A stretch of 64,000 nt of DNA from Neocallimastix sp. 'constans'. Taxonomy: Eukaryota. The stretch lies in assembly GCA_050613775.1 (NCBI GenBank), contig JBODTK010000104.1, forward strand, positions 124,001-188,000. The letters run 5' to 3'. The position numbers were made by a program, and so were the translations under genes. Below the pieces are notes generated by a model. The model had not been told where the DNA came from. It made no database searches and worked only from the letters and a program-made list of their open reading frames with translations. Below, one piece after another: positions 12,401 to 24,209 of the stretch (position 1 is the first letter of the stretch; each line of letters opens with the position of its first letter).

Positions 12401-13491
12401 CTCCATTCCATGATATCTCCCCAGAATTTAGGCATTATCTTGGATCCTATATAAAATTCTGGTTCTTCTCTTAATCTATCGTAAAACAATTCACACGCCT
12501 TATCATAAATTAAGTCATTGATATAAACATTTCTAAGACTATCAATAAAATTTTCCTTTATTGTATTGATATGGTCACTTCCTAAATACGAATCGGTGGT
12601 TTCAATGAACGGTAAATTTAAATTATAAACTTCATTAAAAACTTGCTTAAATACATCAATGTAATGAGGTCTTTCAGCAATGGATATATTTTTATCATCG
12701 ATATACCTGTAACTTAAATCCTTAGTGATACACTCTCTCGCATTAAAAAATATTTCATTGAGTATTCTTTTCAAGGGATCTTTTTCATAATCTAAATTAA
12801 TTGAATTTCTATATTTTTCTTTTATTTCCAATGAAAATTTAGTCATCAATTCTAATAAAGTATCTTTCCAACCTGAGGCACAATAATAACTTACCTCGGA
12901 AATCATGATGATATTTCCTAACTTTAAAATGGGTTCAATCGAACTTTCTTTTAAAATTTCAGCAATCACCTTAAATCCTTTTAAAAGTTTATGATATTCA
13001 AGTCTTCTTTGATATTCATCTTTAGGTGCTGCCGTTATAGCGGTATTATTTATTAAAGCTTCAAAGAGCTTTTGAATTCCTTCCCTAATTTTAGGAATAT
13101 TCATATTTGTTTCATTTAGGTATAACTTAACCTCTTCATTTGTAGAGATATCTTCAATAATATCATAATATATATTTGGAATATTTTTTAAGCTTTGGCT
13201 ATTTCCCTCTTCCAAATCGTTAATTTGTTCCAATACATCCTTTATTTTTATTTTTTGTAAAGCGTTATCCGTCAACAGAATTTCGTTATTTAAGATATTA
13301 TTTAAAGATACTTCGAAAGCATTGAAATTTCTTAATTTCATTTGAATTTCATTTAACTCTTTTTGAAAAGAGTGCTCTAAAATACTCAATTTTTCAAACT
13401 CAGAAAAATCAGTTTTCATTAATATAATTTCAATATTCTTTTTACAGTTTTCAATTTCATAAAAAATAAAGGTTAAAATTTCTTTGTTCAT
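9424..13491 (-). CDS. Intronless 1355-aa protein: ~490-aa unassigned N-terminal region, 24 ankyrin repeats and a Ser-rich tail
   Basis: Uninterrupted 4-kb ORF with repeated GWTALMxA…LIxxGADVN ankyrin consensus from about aa 494; visibly more G+C than the flanks. Confidence 0.92.
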   Translation of the reverse strand: MNKEILTFIFYEIENCKKNIEIILMKTDFSEFEKLSILEHSFQKELNEIQMKLRNFNAFEVSLNNILNNEILLTDNALQKIKIKDVLEQINDLEEGNSQSLKNIPNIYYDIIEDISTNEEVKLYLNETNMNIPKIREGIQKLFEALINNTAITAAPKDEYQRRLEYHKLLKGFKVIAEILKESSIEPILKLGNIIMISEVSYYCASGWKDTLLELMTKFSLEIKEKYRNSINLDYEKDPLKRILNEIFFNARECITKDLSYRYIDDKNISIAERPHYIDVFKQVFNEVYNLNLPFIETTDSYLGSDHINTIKENFIDSLRNVYINDLIYDKACELFYDRLREEPEFYIGSKIMPKFWGDIMEWSKKYFHSHHLDHKFSSVIEFMSEYIIGNDASRHPIRYIAIKEIMKDCGFIEEIIKDNKYGNDYYRKQSEITMTRLKRGIMDIKSGKELNQLNNNLISIHSRGVDIKTLIDFIVDNNNFELMNHINFDSFDIDINEADVNGVTKLMKVCQTCNDCNSIKYIVKAKENINQQDKYGWTALMYALYNKNVEMARFLIENGADVNLSNNVRWTALMYSCRRSEDLELIKRLIDVGSNINHMEKKGWTALMLAIEYNKNLEIAKFLIERGADVHLIDHEKWNALIHACRCSEDVELIQLLIDAGSNINQQTKDGLSALMIAIEYNETIEIAKFLISHGADVNLLNDHKWTALMFACRYSEDFELIKQLIDAGSNINQQNKDGWTALMLAIEYNGNPNVSKLLIERGADITIVNNCNWTALKFACYYTEDIELIKLLIKAGSNIDQQSKLGWTALMSAVRYNRNTKISKFLIESGGIDINLINNENWSAFMIACRYSDDLELIKLLMNSETNINQQTKNGWTALMNAIENNGNHDIPKFLIERGADINLKNNNNDTPLMIACRNSDDIELIQLLINSETNINQQNRDGWTALMLARRYNKNNRVPKFLVEMGALEHPLNYDDSLVRACRNSGDLERIKGMIHSQHDINERDEQGWTPLMHAISANKNVNLVRYLIENGAEVNILNHRDETPLIIACQYSDDLEIIKLLMEAGSSINHQDRDGMTALMSALKHHRSRNIIQYLMDHGSDLSIMDRNHCNLFMLACRYSDDVELIKYFITMGWNMAHRSKKEGWTALMYAVGYNKNHEVTRTLIEYGGAEVNLGDGEEENLTPLMVACRYSTDFELVKLLIEAGSHLNQQNRDDDGFTPLMYAVRYNKNRNIIKLLIENGAEVNMLSHHRWSALMIASRYSEDLELIRLLIKSGSNIREQNEDKHTAFMIAKKYNHNYKISKYLMKKEAAAVGLSSSSSPSSPSYRSPSSSSSSKNYKSPIISIVHKILR

Positions 13492-13859
13492 AATAATTTA
13501 TATATATATTTTTATTTTTTTTTTTTTTTATTAATGAATAATTTTATAATTTTTTATCAATTTATTAATTTGTTTACTTTTTATTATAATAATTTATTTT
13601 ATTCATTATTTACATTATTTATCTACCAAGTTATTTCTTTATTGTTTTATTTAATTTTATTTTATTTATTTATTTATTTTCTATTTATTTAACGATTATT
13701 TATTTAATTTTATATATAATTATTTATTAATAAAAATTTTTACTTTTTTTTTTTTTTTTTTAATCTTTAAAAAATTAATGAAATTTTCGCTTTTAAATAA
13801 GGAAATGGAAAATAATTAAAATTTTAATAATTTAATAAAAAAAAAGGTTTTTATTAATA

Positions 13860-14560
13860 AATTAATAAATAATTAATATAAAAAAGTATTCATTAATAAA
13901 TAATTAAATAATTGAATAATTAAATAATTGAATAATAAATAAATAATAATTAATAGTATTTATTAATAATTGAATAATAAATAATAAATAATAAAAAGAG
14001 TATTTATTAATAAATAATAAATAATAAGTAATAAAAAGAGAATTTATTAATAAATAATAAATAATACATAATAAATAATAAATAATAAATAATAATTAAT
14101 AATTAATAAATAATAAATAATAAATAATAAATAATAAATAATAAATAATAAATAATAAATAATAAATAATAAATAATAAATAATTGGATAATTAAATAAT
14201 AAATAATAAATAATAAATAATAAATAATAAAAAGAGTATTTATTAATAAATAATAAATAATAAATAATAAAAAGAGTATTTATTAATAAATAATAAATAA
14301 TAAATAATAAAAAGAGTATTTATTAATAAATAATAAATAATAAATAATAAAAAAGAGTATTTAATAATAAATAATAAATAATAAATAATAAAAAGAGTAT
14401 TTATTAATAAATAATAAATAATAAATAATAATAAAGAGTATTTATTAATAAATAATAAATAATAAAAAGAGTATTTATTAATAAATAATAAATAATAAAT
14501 AATAAAAAAGAGTATTTATTAATAAATAATAAATAGAGTATTTATTAATAATAAATAATT
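13860..14560 (+). repeat. (AATAAAT)n satellite with higher-order ~40-bp unit containing AAAAGAGTATTTATTAATAAAT
   Basis: The AAAAGAGTATTTATT spacer recurs about ten times between 13995 and 14545. Confidence 0.9.
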
Positions 14561-16306
14561 ATAGAATATTTTAAAAATTTTAGAATAATAAAATGTGTAC
14601 AAAAACAAATTATCATAATGAATGTTAACATATAATAAAATATAGTCTAATATATATAAATAAATTGTTCATTTTTTAAATCCTAATTTATATGAAATTT
14701 ATAATTAAAATAATATTAATTAAAGTTTTTAATTATTTAAAATTTTTTTTTTTTTTATTTTTTTTTGTTTTTGTGTTTTTTTTATTTTTTTTATTTTTTT
14801 TTTTTTTATTTTTTTTTTATTTTTTTTTTATTATTAAATTTTAATAATTATTGAAATTTATTGAAATTTAATAAAATTTACAACAATTCGAAAATTCTTA
14901 TCAATTAATTTAGATTAATTTGTTTTTATTATTTATTATTTTTTTCTTTTGTTTGTGTAATACAAAAAAAAAAAAAAAAAAAAAATTAATACAAAATTAA
15001 TATAAATAAATAAATAAATATAAATAAATAAATAAATATAAATAAATAAATAAATAAATAGATAGATAAATTCATATAGAAATGTTTAATAATGACTTTT
15101 AAAAGTCGATAAAATTTTAAAAAAATTATAATGAAACATAAATAAAAATCTTAATAATTATAGAAATAAAAAAAGAAAAAAAAAATAATAATAGATTATA
15201 TTATATAATATTATATTATATTATATTTTATTTTATATACAGAACATTAACAAATAAATATTTTTTTTTTTATAGTGTCGTTTGAATTTTTAAATAATAA
15301 TTTTTTCCTTTCAAGAATATTCAATATAATAAATAGTTTATCTGCTTTCTAATCAATGAAAAATTCAAATGAAAAATAGAGAAAGTTCTTCATAGCATAT
15401 AATATATACACTCGTTATTATAATAAAAATATACGTATTAAAAAGAAAGTGGTTTGATGGATGCACAACTAAGGAACATTATAAATATAAATGATATAAT
15501 CCATTTTCCACTATGATAATAGAAGGATCCATACTAATTTTTATGTCTAATTAAATAAGCAATAAATGAAGATAGAAATGAATCTGTCTTAACTAATAAA
15601 TGAAGATAGAAATGAATATAGAAATATGAATTTTTTTTTTTTTTTTTTTTTTTTTTGAACAGTTTTAAAATCTGTCCGTCATAAATTTAGTAATATTAAA
15701 AAAAAAAATTTAAAATGAAATAAAATAAATACAAAAAATTTTAATTACAAAAAAAAAAATTTAAATGGAATCATTAACTTTATTTTTATTTTTATTATTA
15801 ATTATTAATTATTAATTATTAATTATTATAAAATATACAAATTTTTATTATTAATTATTATTATTACTATTATTATTATTATTAAAAACCTTTTTTTTTT
15901 TTATTATTATTGAAAACTTTTTTTAATTTTATTTAATTTTATTTTTTGTATAGAACACAAAATGCCATTAATTATATGAAAATAAAGAAAATAAAAAAAT
16001 TTTTTGTTAATATATTTAATGTTCAATAATAAAATTTATTATTATTATTTTCCTTATTTTTTTTTTTGTTCCTGTAAAATCTTTTTAAAAATTGTTGAGT
16101 TTCCCTAATTGTTCACATGCGGCTTAAATTTTTTGTAATTTTTTTTTTTTTTTTAATTAAAGGTCTTTTATGGTAATGGCTTGGTGTTGCCTTTTCATGG
16201 ATTTAACACTTAAGCAAAAGTTTATAATAAATTAAATATCTTTAATTATATATATATATATATATATATTTATTTATTTATGAATATACTTTTAATATAT
16301 ATATTT

Positions 16307-16615
16307 TTATTTCCGGTGTGTACCACCCCTGGTTTCAGCTCAGCTCTTTCTGACATGTATATTATACTAAGAGTTTTTCTAGTACTATTTCTCCGAGTGC
16401 TTCTCCAGTTCGTAATTTTGAAGCTAATATAACCTAACCTATATAAATTCGTACTGGCTCCCTTGGCAAATGCATAAATGTCAGAAAGATTTCAATTTAG
16501 TAGAATATATCTACATATGACATATGAAGTCACGTACCCAGATGCTAGTAATTCCTTCTTAAATATACAGTACAAACGCTACCCTTTCCAATTAGTTCAG
16601 TATCTATTCTAATAA
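16307..16615. other. ~300-bp GC-enriched island with internal inverted repeat; unidentified (ncRNA or mobile-element remnant)
   Basis: Complex sequence within near-pure AT DNA. TCTTTCTGACAT (16345-16356) pairs with ATGTCAGAAAGA (16478-16489). No convincing ORF. Confidence 0.35.
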
Positions 16616-16880
16616 TAATATATATATTTAACATTTTTTATAATTAATTAATGATATAGCTATTGCTTAAATTGTAATTAATGATATTGTTATTGCTTAA
16701 ATAATATGTTTTTTTTTTTATTTTTTTTATTTTTTTTGTCTTTAAAAATTAATTTATTTTATTTTAAATTTTTGTATTTTAAAACTTTAATTAATAGTTA
16801 CAGTTTAAATGAATTTAAATTATTATAAAAAAGTAAAAAAGTAGAGATTTTAATTAATTTTTATTATATTAATAAATAAC

Positions 16881-16913
<33 letters not shown>

Positions 16914-18183
16914 AAATAAATAACTAAATAAATAAATAAATAAATAACTAAATAATTAAATAAATAACTAAATAAATAATTAAATAATTAAAACAAAAGT
17001 TAAAAATTAATAAATATAATTAAAAATTTTAATGATACAAAATATGCAAGATTAATTATTTATAAATTTTATTTCACATTAAGACTTAAAATATACCTTT
17101 GTAGAAAAATAAGCATAATAATAGAACTAAAGTGTAATAATAAAATAAAAGAAAAGAAAAAAAAAAAAAAAGAAAAAAGATCTAATTTTGAAAGTAGTAG
17201 TTAATCTTTTCTAAAAGTTTTTTGATAAATTTTTATTAATTTTTTAAACTATTTTTTATTTATTTGTTTATGAATTCATTCATTCATTTATTTATAAATT
17301 AATTTAATTATTAATTTAATTATTAATTAATTAATTAATTTTTTAATTAATTTATCTATTTAATAATTTATTTATTTATTTACTTTTGAAAAACGATAAA
17401 TGATTTTATTTTTATTTTATTATTTTTTTTTTTTATGAAGTATACATAAATCGAAAATAAGAAACAAAGAATTTATAATATTTAACTTCAATATTTGTAA
17501 ATAAACTTTGGGGGTAATAAAGAATATTTACAAATATTCGTAAATATCCAAAGTTATAAATAATAAATCAATGGATGTATTTTAGATAATTATAAATATT
17601 AGTATTATTTTGAAGTTGTTATTCGTAAAAATTTAATAGACTTATATGAAAAAGGTTTATTAGACTCTATTATTAAGGCGATGAAATTGAAGCTATACAA
17701 TTTTCATTAATGAAGGTTTTAAAAAAAAAAAAATGAAAATAGGTGACCGATAATTATACCTAATTTGGTCTAGAATAATTAATTTAATATATCGTTATTA
17801 TTAGGAAATAAAAAAAAAAAATAAAATTTTATAATAAAAAAAAAAAAGAATCGTTTAGCCGTTTCAGGAGTCATTTACCTGATTTATTGATGACATGACA
17901 CATATGAATTCATCTTTTTTACTCTCTTTGAAGGTCACAGTCACAATTAATAAGAAGCCTTTTTTTTTTTTTTTTCAATAATTAATAAAATTTTTAAAAG
18001 TATTAAAAAAAAAAACTTTTTATTTTATATTAATTTTACATATTATTGTTTTACACACAAAAAAAAAAGTTTTTATGAATTAATAATGAATTTTGCTTTA
18101 ATTTTTTTTTTAAAAAATATATATATATTGATTTTGTTGTATTTCTTATTTTATATATATATTATTATTTTTTTTAACTTCAA

Positions 18184-18246
<63 letters not shown>

Positions 18247-18664
18247 ATAGATATAAGATATTTATATGAATATGGTTACACATGTATGTTACATATTATT
18301 ACGAATAAATCATTAAAAAAAAAAAATTAATTTAAAATATTATTATTATTATTCGAATAATAATTATAATAATTATCTGTAACAAAAAAAAAAAAAAAAA
18401 AAAAAACATCAAAATATTTATAATTAATTAATTAAAAGTGAAAATCAAAAATGAAAAATAAAACAAATAGATGGTTACTCTTGAATACGGATAATGATTA
18501 ATTTAGTTGTCATTTTATTAAAATAATTAATTGCATGAATAAGTAGCTTGATATTTATTCATATGTACTTGATCATTTTATTTATTTATTTTCATTTTAA
18601 TTTTTATTTTAATTTATTTTAATTTATTATTATTTTGTTTTTTTAATTAAAAATGTATATATTA

Positions 18665-18771
18665 TCAAAAATCAAAATAGAAGGATAAAACAATATTAAA
18701 TTTCAAAAATCAAAATGGAAGGATAAAACAATATTAAATTTCAAAAATCAAAATGGAAGGATAAAACAATA
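18665..18771. repeat. 38-bp tandem repeat, ~2.8 copies (TCAAAAATCAAAATGGAAGGATAAAACAATATTAAATT)
   Basis: Unit starts at 18665, 18703 and 18741. Confidence 0.85.
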
Positions 18772-18870
18772 ATTTAATATAATATTTGTATATAAATAAA
18801 TATATGTAGATTAATAAATAAAATATATTTCTTTAAATTATGTATAGTTAATTGAAGAAAAAATATAATA

Positions 18871-18904
<34 letters not shown>

Positions 18905-18909
18905 AAGAG

Positions 18910-20620
18910 AAATATTTTGTGGTAGAATATTTTGTAGTGGTATATTTTGTGGTAGAATATTTAGTGGTGAAATATTAAATAGTGGAATATTAGATAGTTG
19001 AATATTTGATGGTAAAAATATTTTGTAGTTGAATATTTGATGTTGGATTATATGGTGGTAGATTATTTGAAGATGGATTGTTTGGTGGTTGAATATTTAT
19101 TGAATTATTATTTATAGACATTGATTGAATTGTATTATTATTTTGAATATTATTTGTTTCTCGTATAGCTTTTATGCTTTGATTTTCCAAAGCATTCCAA
19201 TATGTAATGATATGAATTTTATTTTGATTTATATAATTATTTAAATGAAAGTATTATTAATTATTAATTTCTTCTAAAATTTTATCTTTTTTTTTTATGT
19301 ACAATGCAACAATTTTTTTTTTATTGGCATAATCTACTAGTAAATTAATAATTTCAATATTATTATTTTGAATTACTATTTCTAAAGAATAATTAGTATT
19401 TATTGAATTTCTCTCATTAATAATTATAAAAATATTATTATATATGGTATAATTAATTAGCAATTTTACCATTTTTATATTATTATTATGGACTGCTTGT
19501 TGTAAAAGGATAAACTCTATCATTAAAATAATCATTTATTTTTAAAAATAATGTTATTTGAATTTGTTTATTCAATTAATAATTTGACCATTTCTAGATT
19601 ATTTTATGAATACAGCTTTTAAACAAAGGATACCGTCTCATTTTTATTTGAATCATTAATATTTAATATTATATTATTCGAAATAGTGATATTCTATCAA
19701 TAAATCTCATTATTTCAATACTCCTGTCAATACTATATAATAACAGATAATTTCCCTTTTTGAAAGCATCAGAAATATTTAATGTAATGGACTTTAATTA
19801 TTCCTTTAATTCATATTGAGTTAAGAGCTTAAGTATTTCAATATTTCTATATAAGATTTCTTTTTATATAATTAAAACTTGACTGTATTAAAAAAAATTG
19901 AATTAATATTGCATTCTTGTATATTTAAAAATATTTTTTATTTTTATTTGAATATACTAAAATTGATTTAATAATTTTAATACTATTTGATCCTTGCAGC
20001 TATTAGTAATGGATAATCTTCATTTATAAATTCTTTAATTTCATTTAAAATAATATTGCTTTTATTAGATTAATCTATTATTAATTCAACCATTTCATAA
20101 TGCCTTAGTCATGGATACCACTCATATTTTTTTTTATTTAAATCACTAATATTTAATAAAATATTATTTGAATTAGTCTATTCTATCAATAATTTCACCA
20201 TATTTATAGCATCATCAATAGCCTCTAAAAGGGGAAATTTTTCTCATAATTTTTATTAGTTTTTTTTAAATTTTTTTTTTTTTTTTCAAATTACAATAAT
20301 CAATTAATAATTGTACTAATTCTAAATTTCGATTGGGAACAACACTTAACAATGGGTATTCTCCATCCATATTAATTTGATTAATATTTAATGTAATTTC
20401 CTTTTCATTGGAATATTCAATTAAAGTTCTTAAGATATTTATGTTATTCAAAAAAAAAAAAAAAATGAAGCAACCAAGACTGGATAATCCTGTCATGTTT
20501 TATCTTTTTCATTTAATAAAATTTTTATTTATTTATATTTGCATAATCTATTATTAATTTAACCATTGTTTCATTTTTGTTTAATAAAGGGTAAAGAACC
20601 ATCATTATTTAGATCATTTA
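18910..20620 (-). pseudogene. Decayed ankyrin-repeat gene with Pro/Gln/Asn-rich C-terminal tail
   Basis: Broken ORFs carry NNIEIINLLVDYANKKKI, NNIKMVKLLINY and GEYPLL…NLELVQLLIDY ankyrin segments separated by stops and frameshifts; PQNI-type repeats near 18910-19100. Confidence 0.75.
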
Positions 20621-20726
20621 TTGGTAATAATAATAATAATAATATTAATATTATTATTATTATTATTATTATTATTTTTTTTTTTTTTAAAAGGTGATTT
20701 TTTTTAATTAATAATTAATAATATTT

Positions 20727-21140
20727 TATATTTCATAATTAATTATGATATTTTTTTATTTAATTTATTAATATTTTTTTTTTTAAGCAAAATCTTTATA
20801 TATATATAAGAAAATAAAAATTAATTAATATACTAATAAATAATAATGACTATTATTTTATTTTGATAATTTTAATTATTTTTTTAGTTTTATACTTTTT
20901 CAATATATGGTATAATGATTTAATATATATATTTTTTAATAATTTAATATTATTAATAATAATTAAAAAAATAATAATATTAAGAATTAAAACATAATTA
21001 AATTTTTGATTATAATAAATGTGATAGTTTAATTTTTACTTATATTTCTTAATTTCGTAACAATTATACATTCATTTTATTTCTAAAATTCATAAGTTAT
21101 AATTTATCCTATTAATTAAGCAGTTAAAATAATATATAAA
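20727..21140 (+). repeat. Left arm of a ~400-bp diverged inverted repeat (partner 24855-25470)
   Basis: 21095-21134 AGTTATAATTTATCCTATTAATTAAGCAGTTAAAATAATA matches the reverse complement of 24861-24900 at 38/40. Collinear matches continue through 20960-21094 vs 24911-25041, ATATATGGTATAATGATT and CAAAATCTTTATATAT. Confidence 0.8.
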
Positions 21141-21373
21141 TTTTTAATTAATATAAATTTTTTAATAATTCGACTTAAAGCTTAATATTTATATATCAAC
21201 CTTCAGATTTATAATATTAACAGTCAGATTTATTACGAATACATATAACAAATGTAGCTATAACATCATTTGAATTATTATTTTCAATACTATTATTTGT
21301 TATTTATATTGATATATAATCTTTTAATTCTTCATCTTCATTATTTTTATTTAAAACTATATTCCTAAAAATA

Positions 21374-21413
<40 letters not shown>

Positions 21414-21635
21414 TAGTTTAAAAAACTCAAAGATTTATTATTTATTGATAATAAATTGTTTAAATAAATAATAAAAATAATAAATAATATATATATATAT
21501 AAATAAATGAAATATCATTCACTATTTCCAGCTTCAAATAGTGGGCTTATTTATTTATTGTTACATTTACTCCATTTTTTTATTTCCCATTCATATATTT
21601 TTCTTATACCATTATCATCATCATCATTTATTATA

Positions 21636-22398
21636 CTTAAAAAGCCTCCCATGGTCTAAAACAAGCAGGTCGCATGTGAAACAACAAGTTGGATAGAGTA
21701 CTAGTCAATTAAGGCTTTGAAAGATTGAAGAGTGAACCATGTGTTTATATTAAAAGGATAAGTATAAAAGCATCATTTGTACAATTACAATATACGTAGA
21801 TGATATATTAATAGCATGTAAAGGTAAAGAAATAAACAAAATTAAGGGTGAAATAAAAGATCAGTTTGATTTGAGTGACTTAGGTGTGGTAGATTTCATT
21901 ACTTCATCATTGGAATAAAATTTATTAAATGAGAGGTTGGCTATATTATGCACCGATTACAATATTTGAATGGTATCTTAGAAAGATTTGATATCGAGCA
22001 ATATAATAAGGTCTTTAATATGATGCATATAGAAAACAAAGAATTAAGAAAGAAAAGGTTCGATAAGACCATATGTATTCAAGTTGTTGGTTGTCTCTTG
22101 TATCTAGCTATGGGTACAAGACCCAATATAATGTATGCTACATGTAAAGACTTACTAAAAAAATCAAAACCCCACGTATGAAGATTGGATGAATGTAATC
22201 AAAATGATTTAAGTATTTGAAAGGTAATAAATATTTCATAATAAAATTTAATAAGAACATTAATATAAGATCATATGTTAATACTGATCTCTGTGGTGAT
22301 ATTGTAACTGGAAGATCTACTACTGGCTTTGTCATTTTGATGGTGTCCGCTCCAGTAACCTAGTATTCGAAAATTCAACATTGTGTGGCTATATCTAA
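21636..22398 (+). mobile_element. Degenerate Ty1/Copia pol fragment (reverse transcriptase to start of RNase H)
   Basis: Motifs in order across frames: GLKQAGRM, SEPCVY, IYVDDILI, FDLSDLG, VGCLLYLAMGTRPNIMYA, RSTTGFV, SKIQHCVAIS. Multiple stops and frameshifts; no LTR recognised. Confidence 0.92.
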
Positions 22399-23150
22399 CA
22401 TAAATATGTGATTTTATATGATTTTTTTTTATTAATAAATTTCACTTGAAAAAAAGTAATAATTGGTAGTAAATGTGATAGTTTAGCATATTTTTTATTT
22501 AATATATCCTTAAAATATAAATATCTATTATAATTTTAAATTTTAAATGTTTCAAAAAAGAAAAAAAAAAAACTGATCATATAAAATAAATTATGTAATA
22601 TAATTTCATGATGATAATCTATATTTTATTATTTTATTTCTATTAAAAAAATTAATTAAATTAAAATATATTAAAACCTCTAAAAACATTTAATGTTAAG
22701 TTGAATTATTTAAAAATTAATATAAATTAATTAAGATTTTTTTGTGTGGATTCAGATAAAATATTTTTGATTTTTTAAATTATATAGGATAAATTTTTGT
22801 GGAATGGGTATAAAATCAAATTTTAATTTAAAAGTTCAATAGTTCAATATAAATGTTATATATTACACTATAAATTAATATATTAAAAATTTTAAAAATT
22901 TTTACTCATTATTTTTTTTTTTTAATATTTAAATAAAGAAATTTTCTATGTTTTTATTTATTATTTTTTTTTATTTTTATATCATATCATTATTAATCAA
23001 ATTAAAATTTTTTATTAATAATTATTTTATAATATTTAAAAAAAAATAATAAAATTCGATTATATAAAAAAATTATTTATTGGATATTTTTAAAATATAA
23101 TAAATTTATATAAATTTTTAAAAAAACAAAGCAAAAAACATTACAACAAA

Positions 23151-24209
23151 ATGGTTAAAACTATAAATTTTGGAGGTGTTGATGAAACCGTTTATGAAAG
23201 ATCAGACTTTCCTCAAGAAAAATTAAATGAAATTTTTAAGAATGATACTTTCGCAGTTATCGGTTATGGTAGTCAAGGTCGTAATCAATCTCGTAATTTA
23301 AGAGATAAAGGATTTAAAGTGGTCATTGGTCTTCGTAAGGGTCCTTCTTGGGATCTTGCTAAAGAAGATGGATGGATAGAAGGTGAAACTCTTTTCGAAA
23401 TTACTGAAGCTTGTAAAAAGGGTACTATCATTATGTATCTTCTTTCTGATGCTGGTCAAAAGGCTGCATGGAATAGTATTAAAGATTTAATTCATGGAAA
23501 AACTTTATATTTCTCTCATGGATTTTCTATTGTTTTCAAAGATAAAACAGGAGTAATTCCTCCAAATGATTGTGATGTTATCATGGTTGCACCAAAGGGT
23601 TCAGGTACTACTGTTCGTTCTCTTTTCTTAGAAGGTCGTGGTATTAATTCATCAATTGCAGTTTTCCAAGATTGGTCTGGTAAGGCTGAAGAAAGAGCAT
23701 ATGCCATAGGTATTGCTATTGGTTCAGGTTATCTTTATCAAACGACCTTTGAAAAAGAAACTTATTCAGATCTTATTGGAGAACGTGGTACCCTTATGGC
23801 ATGTATTCAAGGTATTTTCAAAGCTCAATTTGAAGTTTTAATTTCAAATGGTCATACGCCTTCTGAAGCATTCAATGAAACCGTTGAAGAAGCTACTCAA
23901 TCTCTTTATCCACTTATTGGTAAGAATGGGATGGATTGGATGTATAATAATTGTTCTACCACAGCTCGTCGAGGAGCACTTGATTGGATGGATAAATTTT
24001 ATTCGGCTACTAAGCCAGTATTTGAAGATCTCTATGAATCAGTTCGTAATGGTACGGAAGCTGAAAATACTTTAATTGCCAATTCTAAACCAGATTATCG
24101 TGAAAATCTCTCTAAAGAATTGAAAGAACTTCGTGAATCTCAATTATGGCAAACGGCAGTAACTGTTCGTTCACTTCGTCCTGAAAATCAAAAAGTTGAA
24201 AATAATTAA
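23151..24209 (+). CDS. ilvC: Ketol-acid reductoisomerase (acetohydroxy-acid isomeroreductase), intronless, no mitochondrial presequence
   Basis: VIGYGSQG Rossmann motif, LLSDAGQ, YFSHGFS, VAPKGSG, SDLIGERGTLM, SEAFNETVEE, GMDWMYNNCSTTARRGALDW, VRSLRPEN; complete 352-aa ORF. Confidence 0.97.
   Translation: MVKTINFGGVDETVYERSDFPQEKLNEIFKNDTFAVIGYGSQGRNQSRNLRDKGFKVVIGLRKGPSWDLAKEDGWIEGETLFEITEACKKGTIIMYLLSDAGQKAAWNSIKDLIHGKTLYFSHGFSIVFKDKTGVIPPNDCDVIMVAPKGSGTTVRSLFLEGRGINSSIAVFQDWSGKAEERAYAIGIAIGSGYLYQTTFEKETYSDLIGERGTLMACIQGIFKAQFEVLISNGHTPSEAFNETVEEATQSLYPLIGKNGMDWMYNNCSTTARRGALDWMDKFYSATKPVFEDLYESVRNGTEAENTLIANSKPDYRENLSKELKELRESQLWQTAVTVRSLRPENQKVENN

Noticed and set aside
14230..14545. Regularly spaced repeats resembling a CRISPR array
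   Set aside because: The intervening sequences are heptamer repeats rather than unique spacers, there are no cas genes, and the context is eukaryotic.
15270..15620. Moderately complex segment, possibly a transposon relic (similar case at 17440-17960)
   Set aside because: No sustained reading frame or recognisable motif; too weak to name.
23151..24209. ilvC as bacterial contamination
   Set aside because: It uses A/T-ending codons like its neighbours and is embedded in the same AT-rich, Copia-containing DNA with no operon context.
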